Origin: an uncultured archaeon
Lineage (GTDB): Archaea; Asgardarchaeota; Thorarchaeia; Thorarchaeales; Thorarchaeaceae
Assembly: GCA_964558645.1 (NCBI GenBank)
Contig: CAZLEV010000002.1
Span: 96,001-160,000 of the forward strand
DNA length: 64,000 nt
Direction of reading: 5' to 3'
The notes under the pieces are model-generated. The model was not told the DNA's origin and did no database searches. It was given only the letters and a program-made list of their open reading frames with translations. This document shows positions 20,201 to 28,649 of this stretch, piece after piece (the stretch's first letter is position 1; every line of letters starts with the position of its first letter). Position numbers and translations under genes: made by a program.

Positions 20201-20640
20201 GGGGTCTCTTCAGGCTCGGCATGAATCCGGCCCTCCCCCTCGTCTGACTCGAGTTTTTCCTTCATTTCTGACCTGTACTGCTCCTGGAGTTGTTCGGAGG
20301 TGTCCTTTATCTGAGAGGCCCTCTCAGATGGTGATTCGCCAGTGTTGTCACCGACATCATCCACCTCGGCTGCGCCACTATTCCCCACATTCTCTTCTTG
20401 CTCCAGTTCCTCCCTGAACTTGCGGACCCGCGCATCAACATCAACTCGTTCCAGTTCCTCCCTGAATTCACGCATCCGTGACTCAAGCTCTTCTTCGGCC
20501 TCGATTTCTCCTCTAAACTCCCTCATCTGATTCTCAACATCGAGCCGATTCTCCCGTATATCCTCAGTATCAGAGTGTTCTTCGTTAGCCTCATTCTTAT
20601 GATACTCCTTGCCTTGCCCGGGGTTGTCGACCACAGCCAC
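17227..20640 (-). CDS. Large protein: acidic disordered N-terminus, about three HTH-like repeats, C-terminal LAGLIDADG-like domain pair
   Basis: About 350 aa E/D/S/T-rich N-terminus. HTH-like LSEELGIDRENL, FAEEHNIAVRKIRRW and LALKYEVSDTTISQWL. LAGLIDADG-like ARVIATIVCDGSL and AIIEDSIPQDGTV. Start probably GTG at 20640 or 20634, just after the ATPase stop. Confidence 0.7.
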   Translation of the reverse strand: MAVVDNPGQGKEYHKNEANEEHSDTEDIRENRLDVENQMREFRGEIEAEEELESRMREFREELERVDVDARVRKFREELEQEENVGNSGAAEVDDVGDNTGESPSERASQIKDTSEQLQEQYRSEMKEKLESDEGEGRIHAEPEETPEQSDTDQSERNEDHVEENAGSQQVTVTMEVESTADPEEATEKRLQTEDSEIGTEEKTSEEVSEEISSEVSEESEGDKRSKERDTSEEAPEKAEEDDIRTVEEDMGSKEKQTPNPQGMEVPEGMEPEKNSRDDATQAESPEPDVGTDVAECENATEEREEAPTENTSEREDAVDEDEANRDRRNTHNEHTTRFGGRSTMFPDGDPVWPSMFPETREERLRRVLKEEFDKLSEEEKEQIRNAIKDSMKTEDLEKHLKMHRESIDDDDQDEKIRDAETFIRVREALENLEDPEGLDELSEELGIDRENLEKLADDANAPELVKDIWNLEVERRWAEILLGQLNNLSGNSGAGVRENPLESVENLSWDKRCIIVTERQYEESLARHQHLRFRLDFDDRDNDVRVFFKLKLSLEQGKVNQKGFAEEHNIAVRKIRRWAREEEVPSFLSELHRLELKRLYVGANGGPPEVCIESTGDVRKLAARHGREKKVDYELCEKYFSVLAEPETLQKDLALKYEVSDTTISQWLRDTEPRDISDLRRQEEERILEEWYRQRKLRLPLEGRLENTERYIRRISEREVLEFELNPDRMSLLHMYHDQFFYFNDINSFASLLADVKEALTGNRGGELRSTAERLERLMDDVFGPHKVPRVNITKMRIRGDHLEFLLSVSNRSIRDLEGEISKITTENGMGGIPNPKFPSREDLLVIWARVIATIVCDGSLKKTAAVAYHEPEIARIEIFERTVQRLGEVFLDPQWRKDHNCYIAHLPAVIGRVLQELGLPTGDKTIHNPEIDLSLFRESWEALCAIIEDSIPQDGTVLPRAISWTFSNALNAGNKREAYDFEPILDNEEVALIKEFGKPRRKCWSLEWGDIDRLAKSADRVTSRLALSIAEKIMQNPNRLVKNMQDIAATLGVKVAISPGTLRLMRKSDRVSISWYARTRTIDDMIRLALIAPPNDVRKRRLLSGYLEERHEQVSQIRAELIRRGVKIQKGGIYS

Positions 20641-20647
20641 GACCCCA

Positions 20648-23600
20648 TCAAGCAGTTCCTTGGATTGCCCGCCGGATGGACTCCGCCATGAGCACATCCT
20701 GTGGAGCATCAAGAATCACCACAGCACGCTCAAACAACCACTTGGCGACATGATGCGCATTGCAGCCCTCAGGGCCAAATTTCTCAGCGAATCGAATCAG
20801 CATACGTCTTATCTTGCCAAAATCCCCATCTACTGCCTCTCTTAGACTCTCGTAGTACATCGACGAAAAGCTATGCGTTTCGATTGCAGCCAAGAAGAAC
20901 CGTTGGGTTTCGGCATCAAGGTCTTGCTCAGTAGGCTGAGCTGTTGGGGCTTCTTCTTGCTCCGCGACCTCAGACGCATTCCATTTCTTCTTGAGAAGTG
21001 CCAGTTCTTCCTGGACGATATCTCGGAAGGGAATGGATATCCGCCTATCAACATGCGAGCTGTACTCGTCAACGACCTTGAGCAGAACTGTGATTCGCTC
21101 TTCGTATAGCTGTTCTTGAAAGTCGAGCTGTCTTCGTCCGAAATGCGCCCACAACTCATCCACCAGTATCTCGTGCCGTGCAGCCTCTGACTCCTCCATG
21201 TTATCAGGACGCAGTACCTGAAGGAACAGGCTCACAAAAGGCTCAGAGATTGAATCTCCTGTTATGCGTTCAAGAACAACCCAGAGCAGTTCGGCTAGCT
21301 TGGTCAGCAATATGATCTTTTTCCGCCGCAGGAAAGGTATGTAGTTCTTTACGAGAAAATCGGAACGAGCAAAACTCACTACATTCCATGCTACTCTGAG
21401 GTCGATCTCAACTGATGCACCGGTCGGTGATTCTGAGGTCTCAAGAAACACGAAGGGATTGCTGAGCCCTACACTGATTGCAGGGTACTCCTTGTAGACC
21501 TGCGCCATGCGTTCTCGTACCCAGTCTCTCAGACTGGTTTTCGTCCCTGCCCTGACTGGTACTCTCTTTGGAGGAGGATGCACCGAGATGTACATGGGTT
21601 GCCCATCACCTGCGAACTTGGCAATAGCATGTCCCACAGGCAGAGAACCGACCATCTTCAGCTGCTCCTCGTTGAGGTCAAGTTTCATCGCTATCGTTCT
21701 CCGGTCTACACCTGTAGACAGACGATGTAAGATGGTGGTGACCGGGAGGCTCATGGCGTGTTCGTCAAGACTAGAGGGAAGTTGATCTAAGATCACAACC
21801 CCCAGACCATTACGACGCGACTCGCGCAGTACCTCCACAATGGAGCGGATGGCATGACTTCGGGCTGCGTGCTCCTCATCCACCGATCGCTCACCAGTTC
21901 GAACAAGAAAGTGATGAGCCTCCTCCAAAACGAGCAGGAACTGCAGAGGTTTCGCCTCAGCCATCTCCAGAGCTTTTGCCTGGAAGTACCGAGCCACATT
22001 GACGACGAGGAGTGAAGCAAAGAGTGCCCGCTCATCTGCGCTTAGACCATCCAATGCTATGATGGTGGGAGCCGAGACCAGCTCCTCGACAGTCATGCCC
22101 GTCAACGTGTTGAATACCCGGTAGAGTGGACCACTCATCAACGACCGGAATCTGCCCCGAAGTGCACCAATGAGGTCCTGGTTCTGCCTGTCACTGTATT
22201 CAAGGACATCGCATTCGAGGTGAACGACAGAATCAAGGAGGTCAGACATAAGGACGGCATGTCCGTGGTCGTTGTGATCGCGGTCGTACTGACATCGTTC
22301 GAAACTGTTGTCTATGCACATCTCCGTGTACTCCCTCACGATTCCAATACTGGGTGCAGAGGCGATGTAGGCCGCCTTGACATCAGCTAGGATGGTATTC
22401 ACCAACACCCCCTCCGAGAATTCATGAGGGTTGAACCGCAGTGGAGCCGTCTGCTCATCGCCGGGAGTGAAGAAGCGCAATGAGGGGATCTTGTCGGCAA
22501 GAGAGACATAGTCATCAGTCAGGGTGGGGGTCAAGACAAGAAACGGTATCTTGGACCCGTTAACAGAACTGAGTATTCGCTTGACAGTGGACGTCTTACC
22601 GCTCCCAGTATCACCGAATACCTCCACATGGCGAACCATGTCTTCAAGCGCGAAGTGAACGGGGCCCACCTTAGCCCCTGACTCATCAAGCTCCGAGCCC
22701 AGACTGAACCGGCCTGCCCCTTGAGGGGGTGTGGTTCTGCGCCGCGGGGTTTCGGCCGGTGGATTCTCCGCAGACTGAGTCTTGCCTGTTACGAATCGCG
22801 CACGATTGACCACCTCCAGGCCAAGATCAATGGGTGGGATGACCATAACAGGAACAATCTCCTCTGGGACCATGAGGGTCCAGTTGGGAGGTTGCCTGCC
22901 ATTTGCCAGTGCCCTGAGAGTGTTGTTGTTCTTCTTGGTCTTGATTGACAGTCCAGTGCGCTCAGATGATGGTCGAACGCGCCCCATGATTGCCGCCAGT
23001 ATATCCCTTGCACACTGCTCTGCAATACTACGGGTATATTCCTCACATGTCACAGAGATCGACGCCTTACACGCATCAGTTGCCTCGTGGCGCCTTATCT
23101 GCATGGTCAGGTCTTTCGCCTCGTTGGACGCATCAATGTCTGTGAAGGTAACAGATTCGTGATTGTTCTGTCGAAGGAGGCCACCACCCGTATGCGAGAC
23201 CGTCCTTGATGCACGGCCTGTCGCGTACTCGAAGTCCCGTTTCAGCCCATTGAGTTTCCACCGTGACGGACGCGCTGGCTCGACCAGGACTTGGATGGAC
23301 CCTGCGCCAATACTTCTGAGGTATCCGATAGCAATAGTCAGTCCATCGGCCGCCTCTTGGCCGACTTGGACGGGAGCAAGTGGACCGTCGAGGTAGGCAG
23401 TGACCTCGGCATCTCGTGGACTTTGCTCGTCAATGACAAGCTCATTGTGCGTTGTCAGAGTAAACCCCTTGAGAGAACTTGACAGTATATTGTGAAGCTT
23501 CCAGACTCTGTTTCGTAGTTCGGACGTGTCCTCAGCATAGGTGAGATAGATGAGACGGAGTTTCCCTACGGTCCGCTTCAACATGAATCCGAAAGGGATT

Positions 23601-24190
23601 CCGCTCATCCGCACGGCCCTGACTATCTGATAGAACATCTCGGCACGATGGATCGCTTCCTCCCTTGTGTCACCGTCCGCCACATACGTGCTGGGTATCT
23701 GCGTCACCTCCACACCTCCAAACACCTTCTTGCTTCTCCCGATGAGAGCTGCAAGCGCCCTGCCAACTCGTTGGAGTATGCTCCTGCCTGTGGTGTCCTT
23801 CGAAGCCGCCAGAATGGAATGCTTGCTGTGTACGTAGAATGGGAAAGAAACCAAAGCGGTTCCCACCCCCAGAGGGGCAGAAACCTTCTGGAATGCGACC
23901 AGACAGTCCAGAACCAATCCATTACTGCGTTCAAGCATCAAGGTTGACAGGAACAACACAGCCGTTAAGGGCGTGTATGTCTGGGCGGTGGGCTTCATGA
24001 GATTTGCTCCACATACCCACTTGTCAGATAACCGAAAGAGTCCGGTCATGACAGACGTATTCCAGAGGGCGGGTGCAAGCGCCAAAAGGGCTACCGCAAT
24101 GCCCATAGCCGCCATCGGGAGCAATCCGGAGAAGAACTGTGCTCTTGCCAGACTATCGACTCTGTCTGGCGTTCCTCGTGGTTTCAACAT
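20648..24190 (-). CDS. Membrane-anchored HerA/VirB4/FtsK-superfamily ATPase
   Basis: N-terminal hydrophobic segments; RHVEVFGDTGSGKT (Walker A), LRFNP, LLVLEEAHH (Walker B), RESRRNGLGVVILDQLPS; GGAGGT SD. Confidence 0.9.
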   Translation of the reverse strand: MLKPRGTPDRVDSLARAQFFSGLLPMAAMGIAVALLALAPALWNTSVMTGLFRLSDKWVCGANLMKPTAQTYTPLTAVLFLSTLMLERSNGLVLDCLVAFQKVSAPLGVGTALVSFPFYVHSKHSILAASKDTTGRSILQRVGRALAALIGRSKKVFGGVEVTQIPSTYVADGDTREEAIHRAEMFYQIVRAVRMSGIPFGFMLKRTVGKLRLIYLTYAEDTSELRNRVWKLHNILSSSLKGFTLTTHNELVIDEQSPRDAEVTAYLDGPLAPVQVGQEAADGLTIAIGYLRSIGAGSIQVLVEPARPSRWKLNGLKRDFEYATGRASRTVSHTGGGLLRQNNHESVTFTDIDASNEAKDLTMQIRRHEATDACKASISVTCEEYTRSIAEQCARDILAAIMGRVRPSSERTGLSIKTKKNNNTLRALANGRQPPNWTLMVPEEIVPVMVIPPIDLGLEVVNRARFVTGKTQSAENPPAETPRRRTTPPQGAGRFSLGSELDESGAKVGPVHFALEDMVRHVEVFGDTGSGKTSTVKRILSSVNGSKIPFLVLTPTLTDDYVSLADKIPSLRFFTPGDEQTAPLRFNPHEFSEGVLVNTILADVKAAYIASAPSIGIVREYTEMCIDNSFERCQYDRDHNDHGHAVLMSDLLDSVVHLECDVLEYSDRQNQDLIGALRGRFRSLMSGPLYRVFNTLTGMTVEELVSAPTIIALDGLSADERALFASLLVVNVARYFQAKALEMAEAKPLQFLLVLEEAHHFLVRTGERSVDEEHAARSHAIRSIVEVLRESRRNGLGVVILDQLPSSLDEHAMSLPVTTILHRLSTGVDRRTIAMKLDLNEEQLKMVGSLPVGHAIAKFAGDGQPMYISVHPPPKRVPVRAGTKTSLRDWVRERMAQVYKEYPAISVGLSNPFVFLETSESPTGASVEIDLRVAWNVVSFARSDFLVKNYIPFLRRKKIILLTKLAELLWVVLERITGDSISEPFVSLFLQVLRPDNMEESEAARHEILVDELWAHFGRRQLDFQEQLYEERITVLLKVVDEYSSHVDRRISIPFRDIVQEELALLKKKWNASEVAEQEEAPTAQPTEQDLDAETQRFFLAAIETHSFSSMYYESLREAVDGDFGKIRRMLIRFAEKFGPEGCNAHHVAKWLFERAVVILDAPQDVLMAESIRRAIQGTA

Positions 24191-24591
24191 GTATACCTAT
24201 ACCTCCTGTAACGGGGAGGGCGGACCCGAGCGGCCCGCATGCCCCGTTTCTCATTCACCACAGCATTCGCGAGGAAAGAGATAAGATGTAGGTCGGATAA
24301 CAAAATGGGTTATCCTCAGCCCTCTCCGAGCCTTAACCGTTAAGACGTCCCCGTTATTTCTATTGAGCGCCAGTAGCTGCTGAAATAGTAGGAATGGCGG
24401 TTATGAGGTTCTTTTCGGAATGTCAATTGGACAAATGTATACAATGAAACACGCCCCGACCGACCTGTTGATTGGCGTCGCTATGGCATACGATCAACAA
24501 TGCCTCACTCCCGTGCGAGCCTCCGTCTATAGCGAACAGGAGTGGCAAGGAACACGGCCATCACACCCGACAGAAACACCAAGAGAATAGG

Positions 24592-24721
24592 TGGCGGGAC
24601 CGCCCCGATTCGAACGGGGGAACCCCAGCTCTCCGCAGACGACTGAAGTCTACCGCAGGCTGGTGCCTTATGTACAGCCCTGGGGGGAAGACCTCCAGAG
24701 ACCATGCTAGACTACGGCCCC
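24592..24721 (-). tRNA. tRNA-Arg(GCG) with two introns (D-loop 24672-24701; canonical 37/38 at 24631-24652), CCA encoded
   Basis: Minus strand reads GGGGCCG TA GTCT AGCATGG[30 nt]ATA AGGC A CCAGC CT GCG G[22 nt]A GCTGG GGTTC CCCCG TTCGAAT CGGGG CGGTCCC G CCA. BHB geometry at the anticodon intron. Confidence 0.93.
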
Positions 24722-24844
24722 GTTTCGAGTCTGCGAGGATTTATCTTATAGATGCTTCGCTGTGAGCCCCCGCTGTCCTACATTCCTCGTTTCTGTTGTC
24801 CTGAATCACAATAGTTAACTCCGACCGGTGTATAGCTCAATGCC

Positions 24845-25228
24845 ATGAACGATGAATCTTCACCGAAGGGAATCCCCGGCCCGACGAACGTGGACGAGTA
24901 TCTAGCCACGCTCTCGGAGGAATCGCAGATTGTGTTAAGGAATCTTCGTCAGACCATCAGATCTATCGTGCCGGATGCTGTTGAGACCATCAGTTACAGG
25001 ATTCCGACCGTCAAGTACAGAGGGAGACCACTGGTGGCGTTCTCGGCAGCCAAGAACCACCTGAGTTTCCACGTCATGAGTCCGTCCGTCCTGGAGGAAC
25101 ATAGGGCCGACCTGGTTGCGTATGGCACTACGGATGCCACGATACACTTCACTCCGGCCCGGCCGCTCCCGCGCTCGCTCCTCGAGAAGCTGATCAGGGC
25201 TCGCATCGAGGAGAACAAAAAGGAGTAG
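24845..25228 (+). CDS. YdhG/DUF1801 family protein
   Basis: VDEYLATL...LRQTIRSIVPDAVETISYRIP...TIHF...LP..LLEKLIRARIEE. Confidence 0.85.
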   Translation: MNDESSPKGIPGPTNVDEYLATLSEESQIVLRNLRQTIRSIVPDAVETISYRIPTVKYRGRPLVAFSAAKNHLSFHVMSPSVLEEHRADLVAYGTTDATIHFTPARPLPRSLLEKLIRARIEENKKE

Positions 25229-25279
25229 GGAGTCCCCTTGGGGCACCGGTGAAACTGCGTGATTCAGAGCGGTCTCAGT

Positions 25280-25489
25280 CTAGTGGAGGAGAACCACCTC
25301 GGCTCTGCCACCCACCTTGGTGACGCGCATGGTGGCCTCGACGGTCTGGATAATGAAGCTCTCACCCTCATCCAGATTCTCGAGGACGTTCCTGCCAGAG
25401 TGGCTGTTGAGATAGCGAGCGAACTTCTCGGCAACCTCGCAGGCGCGCCGTTCAGTCTCCGAGTTTAATAGCGTCATGGGGGTGGTCAC
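25280..25489 (-). CDS. Small hypothetical protein
   Basis: 69 aa ORF with globular composition; TTATAA box upstream (~25515-25520). Confidence 0.5.
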   Translation of the reverse strand: MTTPMTLLNSETERRACEVAEKFARYLNSHSGRNVLENLDEGESFIIQTVEATMRVTKVGGRAEVVLLH

Positions 25490-25707
25490 CGCCGTATTGT
25501 AGCAGATGGAGCGTTATAAAGCACCCAAAACAGAATGAACGGAGGTGTTTTTAGACTCGAACATCGTTAGTCTAACTGGTCGAGAGATGTTCTGAAACCG
25601 TTTGCCGTAAGAGGCGCATGCACATCGCTCTTGATGGGAGATGCCTGAGTTGAAACTCCGGGCATAATCGTCCCAGTACACAAGTGTAATCGCGTAATCG
25701 ATGGTGG

Positions 25708-26169
25708 TTGGTCGAATTGGATGAGGAGGGTACTGTGTCTCAAGATGAGATTGAGTCCGCCCTACGGGGAAAGACTCTGAGAGTGTACTGGTGGCTGCTG
25801 AGTCATCCGGATCCTCATAGCGGTCGCGAGGTCCAACGAGCACTTGGACTCTCAAGTCCCAGTCTGGCAATCTATCATATCGACAAGCTCAAGGAAATCG
25901 GCCTCGTGCGAACTGATAGGGATGGAATGCATCACGTATCGCGGGAGGTGAGTGCTGGCCTCCTGAAGTTCTTTGCCAATCTCGGCCGTTTCGTCTTCCC
26001 TCGCTATCTCTTCTACGCTCTCTTCTACACATCCTGTCTGTTGCTGATGCCCGTCCTCTTTCCCATCTACTTCAGCCCGGTCCTCATCATCTGCTATGTT
26101 GTATTGGGCTTCGGGGCCGTTTCCTCCTGGTACGAAACCGTCAGGACCTGGAGATACCAACCCTTCTAG
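25708..26169 (+). CDS. ArsR-type winged-HTH regulator with two C-terminal TM helices
   Basis: GKTLRVYWWLL...GREVQRALGLSSPSLAIYHIDKLKEIGLV followed by hydrophobic helices. Confidence 0.8.
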   Translation: MVELDEEGTVSQDEIESALRGKTLRVYWWLLSHPDPHSGREVQRALGLSSPSLAIYHIDKLKEIGLVRTDRDGMHHVSREVSAGLLKFFANLGRFVFPRYLFYALFYTSCLLLMPVLFPIYFSPVLIICYVVLGFGAVSSWYETVRTWRYQPF

Positions 26170-26230
26170 TTCTTGTACAAGGCCTTACTAAACATAGGAT
26201 TATGAACATGATTGAGATTCTACCTGACTA

Positions 26231-27403
26231 GTGGTGAAGATGAAACGCAGGGGTTCTGGAGGTCTTGTTGTTGTCGTCATACTGGTCCTCATCTCAGCGA
26301 TATCAACATCGCAGGCTCAGGTAGAAATAGATGGGTTCTACTTCCGGATGAGCACCTATACGCCGGTGAATCAGACAGTTTTCGCATCACTGGTGGCGGA
26401 GGAGAGAGATTTGGCTGTGTATCCAGCAACGTATCAGATAGAGGAAATCCCGGTGTTCAAGATAATCGGGGACTACTCGAAGGATATTGAGGTTTCCGAG
26501 GAGGAGGCTGTGAACACATCAATGGAGTTTATGTCGCGATATCTTCCAGAGAACCTCACAGTAGGACTACGAGTTGCACTCCCCTATGAGGATTACTGGC
26601 CCGGCGCTCCACAACTCATTCTGGACTCTTGGCCCCGCTGGGGACTAACATTGCTTTCTGATTATCTTGAGGCATGGGTCTTCGTCAATGCCATTACGGG
26701 AACTGTTGTTGGTGCTCATCTCCACATTGGCAATTCAGTATTGGAATCTGCAGGGTTCTATCGAGATTCCCCACTGAGCAAGACTGAAGCAGAGCTGATT
26801 GTCAAGGATTTTCTCCTCCTGCAGAACTACACTCTTCCGCCCGATGCCTTCTATTCTGAGATTCCATGGGATATGCCAACAGGAAACAAGAGCTATACAT
26901 TTACTTACGGGATTGCCCTTTGCCAGTTCGTTCAGGGGGTACGCATTCCATGGGGAGAGATCTATGTCGGAGTCCAGTCAGACAGCGGGCTGGTAAGATC
27001 ATTCACCTACAAATGGATTGACATCCAGTCGATTTCACTGCAAGGGATAATCACTGAAGACGAGGCACGAAGTAGAGTCTTGGAAAGCCTTCCAGACCCT
27101 TCCATGGGAAACATCGTCGATTCGATACTTGAGCTGAGGACAAGTACAGTCAATTCCAGCGAAACCGCTTTCGAGATGACATTGGCATACGAGTTGACCC
27201 TTGTCACGACGTGGGGGACGAGATACGTGGTCGATGCCAATACAGGGGTCATCCTCAAGGCCGTTCCACTCTTGGGTGGAGGCCAAGATGTTCTGTTCTA
27301 TTCTCCCTATGCTAGAATCGTCTATCTGTTTGGGGGCTGTCTTGTCATTGCTCTGGCTGGAAATTGCATCGCCCGTCGTCGACTTCTTGTTAGGGAAGCG
27401 TGA
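26231..27403 (+). CDS. Secreted/membrane-anchored protein with PepSY-like segments
   Basis: Basic plus hydrophobic signal peptide; VNAITGTVV and VDANTGVIL PepSY-like motifs; C-terminal TM helix. Confidence 0.6.
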   Translation: MVKMKRRGSGGLVVVVILVLISAISTSQAQVEIDGFYFRMSTYTPVNQTVFASLVAEERDLAVYPATYQIEEIPVFKIIGDYSKDIEVSEEEAVNTSMEFMSRYLPENLTVGLRVALPYEDYWPGAPQLILDSWPRWGLTLLSDYLEAWVFVNAITGTVVGAHLHIGNSVLESAGFYRDSPLSKTEAELIVKDFLLLQNYTLPPDAFYSEIPWDMPTGNKSYTFTYGIALCQFVQGVRIPWGEIYVGVQSDSGLVRSFTYKWIDIQSISLQGIITEDEARSRVLESLPDPSMGNIVDSILELRTSTVNSSETAFEMTLAYELTLVTTWGTRYVVDANTGVILKAVPLLGGGQDVLFYSPYARIVYLFGGCLVIALAGNCIARRRLLVREA

Positions 27404-27437
27404 CAGAATCAGAAGCCTTCCAGACAGCAGAACGAGA

Positions 27438-27546
27438 TGGCGGGACCGTCAGGACTCGAACCTGAGACATCCAGCTCCGGAGGCTGGCGCCTTATGCGCA
27501 CCCCACCGGGGCGAACCCCGGCGGGCCCATACTAGACTACGGTCCC
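27438..27546 (-). tRNA. tRNA-Arg(CCG) with a D-loop intron (27496-27526), CCA encoded
   Basis: Minus strand reads GGGACCG TA GTCT AGTATGG[31 nt hairpin intron]ATA AGGC G CCAGC CT CCG GA GCTGG ATGTC TCAGG TTCGAGT CCTGA CGGTCCC G CCA. Confidence 0.93.
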
Positions 27547-27611
27547 TACAGACCGGCTTCTCAGAAGTTCTTTAAAGATTTGCTCCCGACCGTCCCGACC
27601 CGACCACCACG

Positions 27612-28130
27612 CTACTCGGTGATGTACTCCTCGTTGATAAGCCACCAGGCCCCGCGCTTGCCCTGCACGATTCCGCGCTCGTAGGCCAGTATCGGCACGC
27701 CGATGACCCGCATGGCATTCTCGTTGAGCTTGTCGATGCGGTCCAGTATGGTGCGTCGTTTGTCCTCAGTACCCAGCAGTGCCTCGGAGAGTTCGGGGGT
27801 TGTGGCGCCGCCTTCTCGCATTATGTGAGCCATGATGTCACGTTCCAAGTCATCACGACAGATCTCTCGTTCTAGGGTCTCGTTCATCTTGCCATGGTAC
27901 AGGTCGGTCTCCTGCACGGACTCCAGATGCTCAACTCGGGCACGGAGCTCGGCCACCTCCTCGGAGAGCTCCAACACCACGGGAGGTATCTCCTGGTCCA
28001 GCCGCCAGAGGATGGCCTCGCGGATCCAGTGCTGTCTTCCTCGACTTCCGGCAACCTTGTCGATTCTCTCGAGCAAGTCCTCATCAAGGCGAATCCGAAT
28101 GCTTGTCTTGTCATCTTCACCGGGTGACAT
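27612..28130 (-). CDS. CopG/RHH-family protein with coiled coil and C-terminal wHTH-like domain
   Basis: TSIRIRLDEDLLERIDKVAGSRGRQHWIREAI; start set at ATG 28130. Confidence 0.75.
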   Translation of the reverse strand: MSPGEDDKTSIRIRLDEDLLERIDKVAGSRGRQHWIREAILWRLDQEIPPVVLELSEEVAELRARVEHLESVQETDLYHGKMNETLEREICRDDLERDIMAHIMREGGATTPELSEALLGTEDKRRTILDRIDKLNENAMRVIGVPILAYERGIVQGKRGAWWLINEEYITE

Positions 28131-28267
28131 GTCGCACCAATCTCCTGCACATCCATCTGGGGATGAACTAGACCCTGACATGGCAAAAAGGGTTGTCATG
28201 AAGAAATCCCGACACAGTTATAAAAGAACTTTCAAACCCTCACGCCGAAGCGATGGGGTTAGCACAC

Positions 28268-28501
28268 ATGACCACCGAAAGAACTCTCGAACGAGAACTG
28301 GCACGCTTGCGGAAACGACAGAATCCCACGGTTGTTGATCTCAGACAGATGCGGAAGCTTCGCGCCGCTCATACCAAGTACTGGAAGAGAAAGAAGAGAG
28401 CAGTGAACCGAGGCGAAGAAGCAGTAGAAGTACCGAAGTCAGAGCCAAAGAAAGAGAAGAAGAAGGAGAAAGAGCCCGAACTCGAGGTTCTTGATGAGTG
28501 A
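28268..28501 (+). CDS. Small basic/charged hypothetical protein
   Basis: K/R/E-rich ORF divergent from the RHH gene; TTATAAAA upstream at ~28218. Confidence 0.55.
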   Translation: MTTERTLERELARLRKRQNPTVVDLRQMRKLRAAHTKYWKRKKRAVNRGEEAVEVPKSEPKKEKKKEKEPELEVLDE

Positions 28502-28649
28502 CTTCAACCGGCTAGTGGTCATCAACACCGAAGGCCAGAAGGGCCAAGGCATGGTATTTCGTGACAAGAGCAAGACTTAGGTAAGAGTCCGTGTCCGGTT
28601 ACACCGCCCTTTGTACTGACCGGGTCAGAAGAGAAGATTGGTGTTCGGA

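Larger units (their letters stand above)
1..24591. mobile_element. tRNA-Arg-anchored genomic/defence island (left end probably outside the window)
   Basis: Lies directly downstream of the 3' end of tRNA-Arg(GCG) (24592). Contains only defence-like or hypothetical genes and a HerA/VirB4-like ATPase, in mixed orientations, with one duplicated gene. No integrase or att duplicate is seen inside the window. Confidence 0.7.

Noticed and set aside
1-24591. Integrase/transposase or att duplicate for the island
   Set aside because: No tyrosine/serine recombinase or DDE motifs found, and no second copy of the tRNA 3' end seen by eye in this interval; they may lie left of the window.
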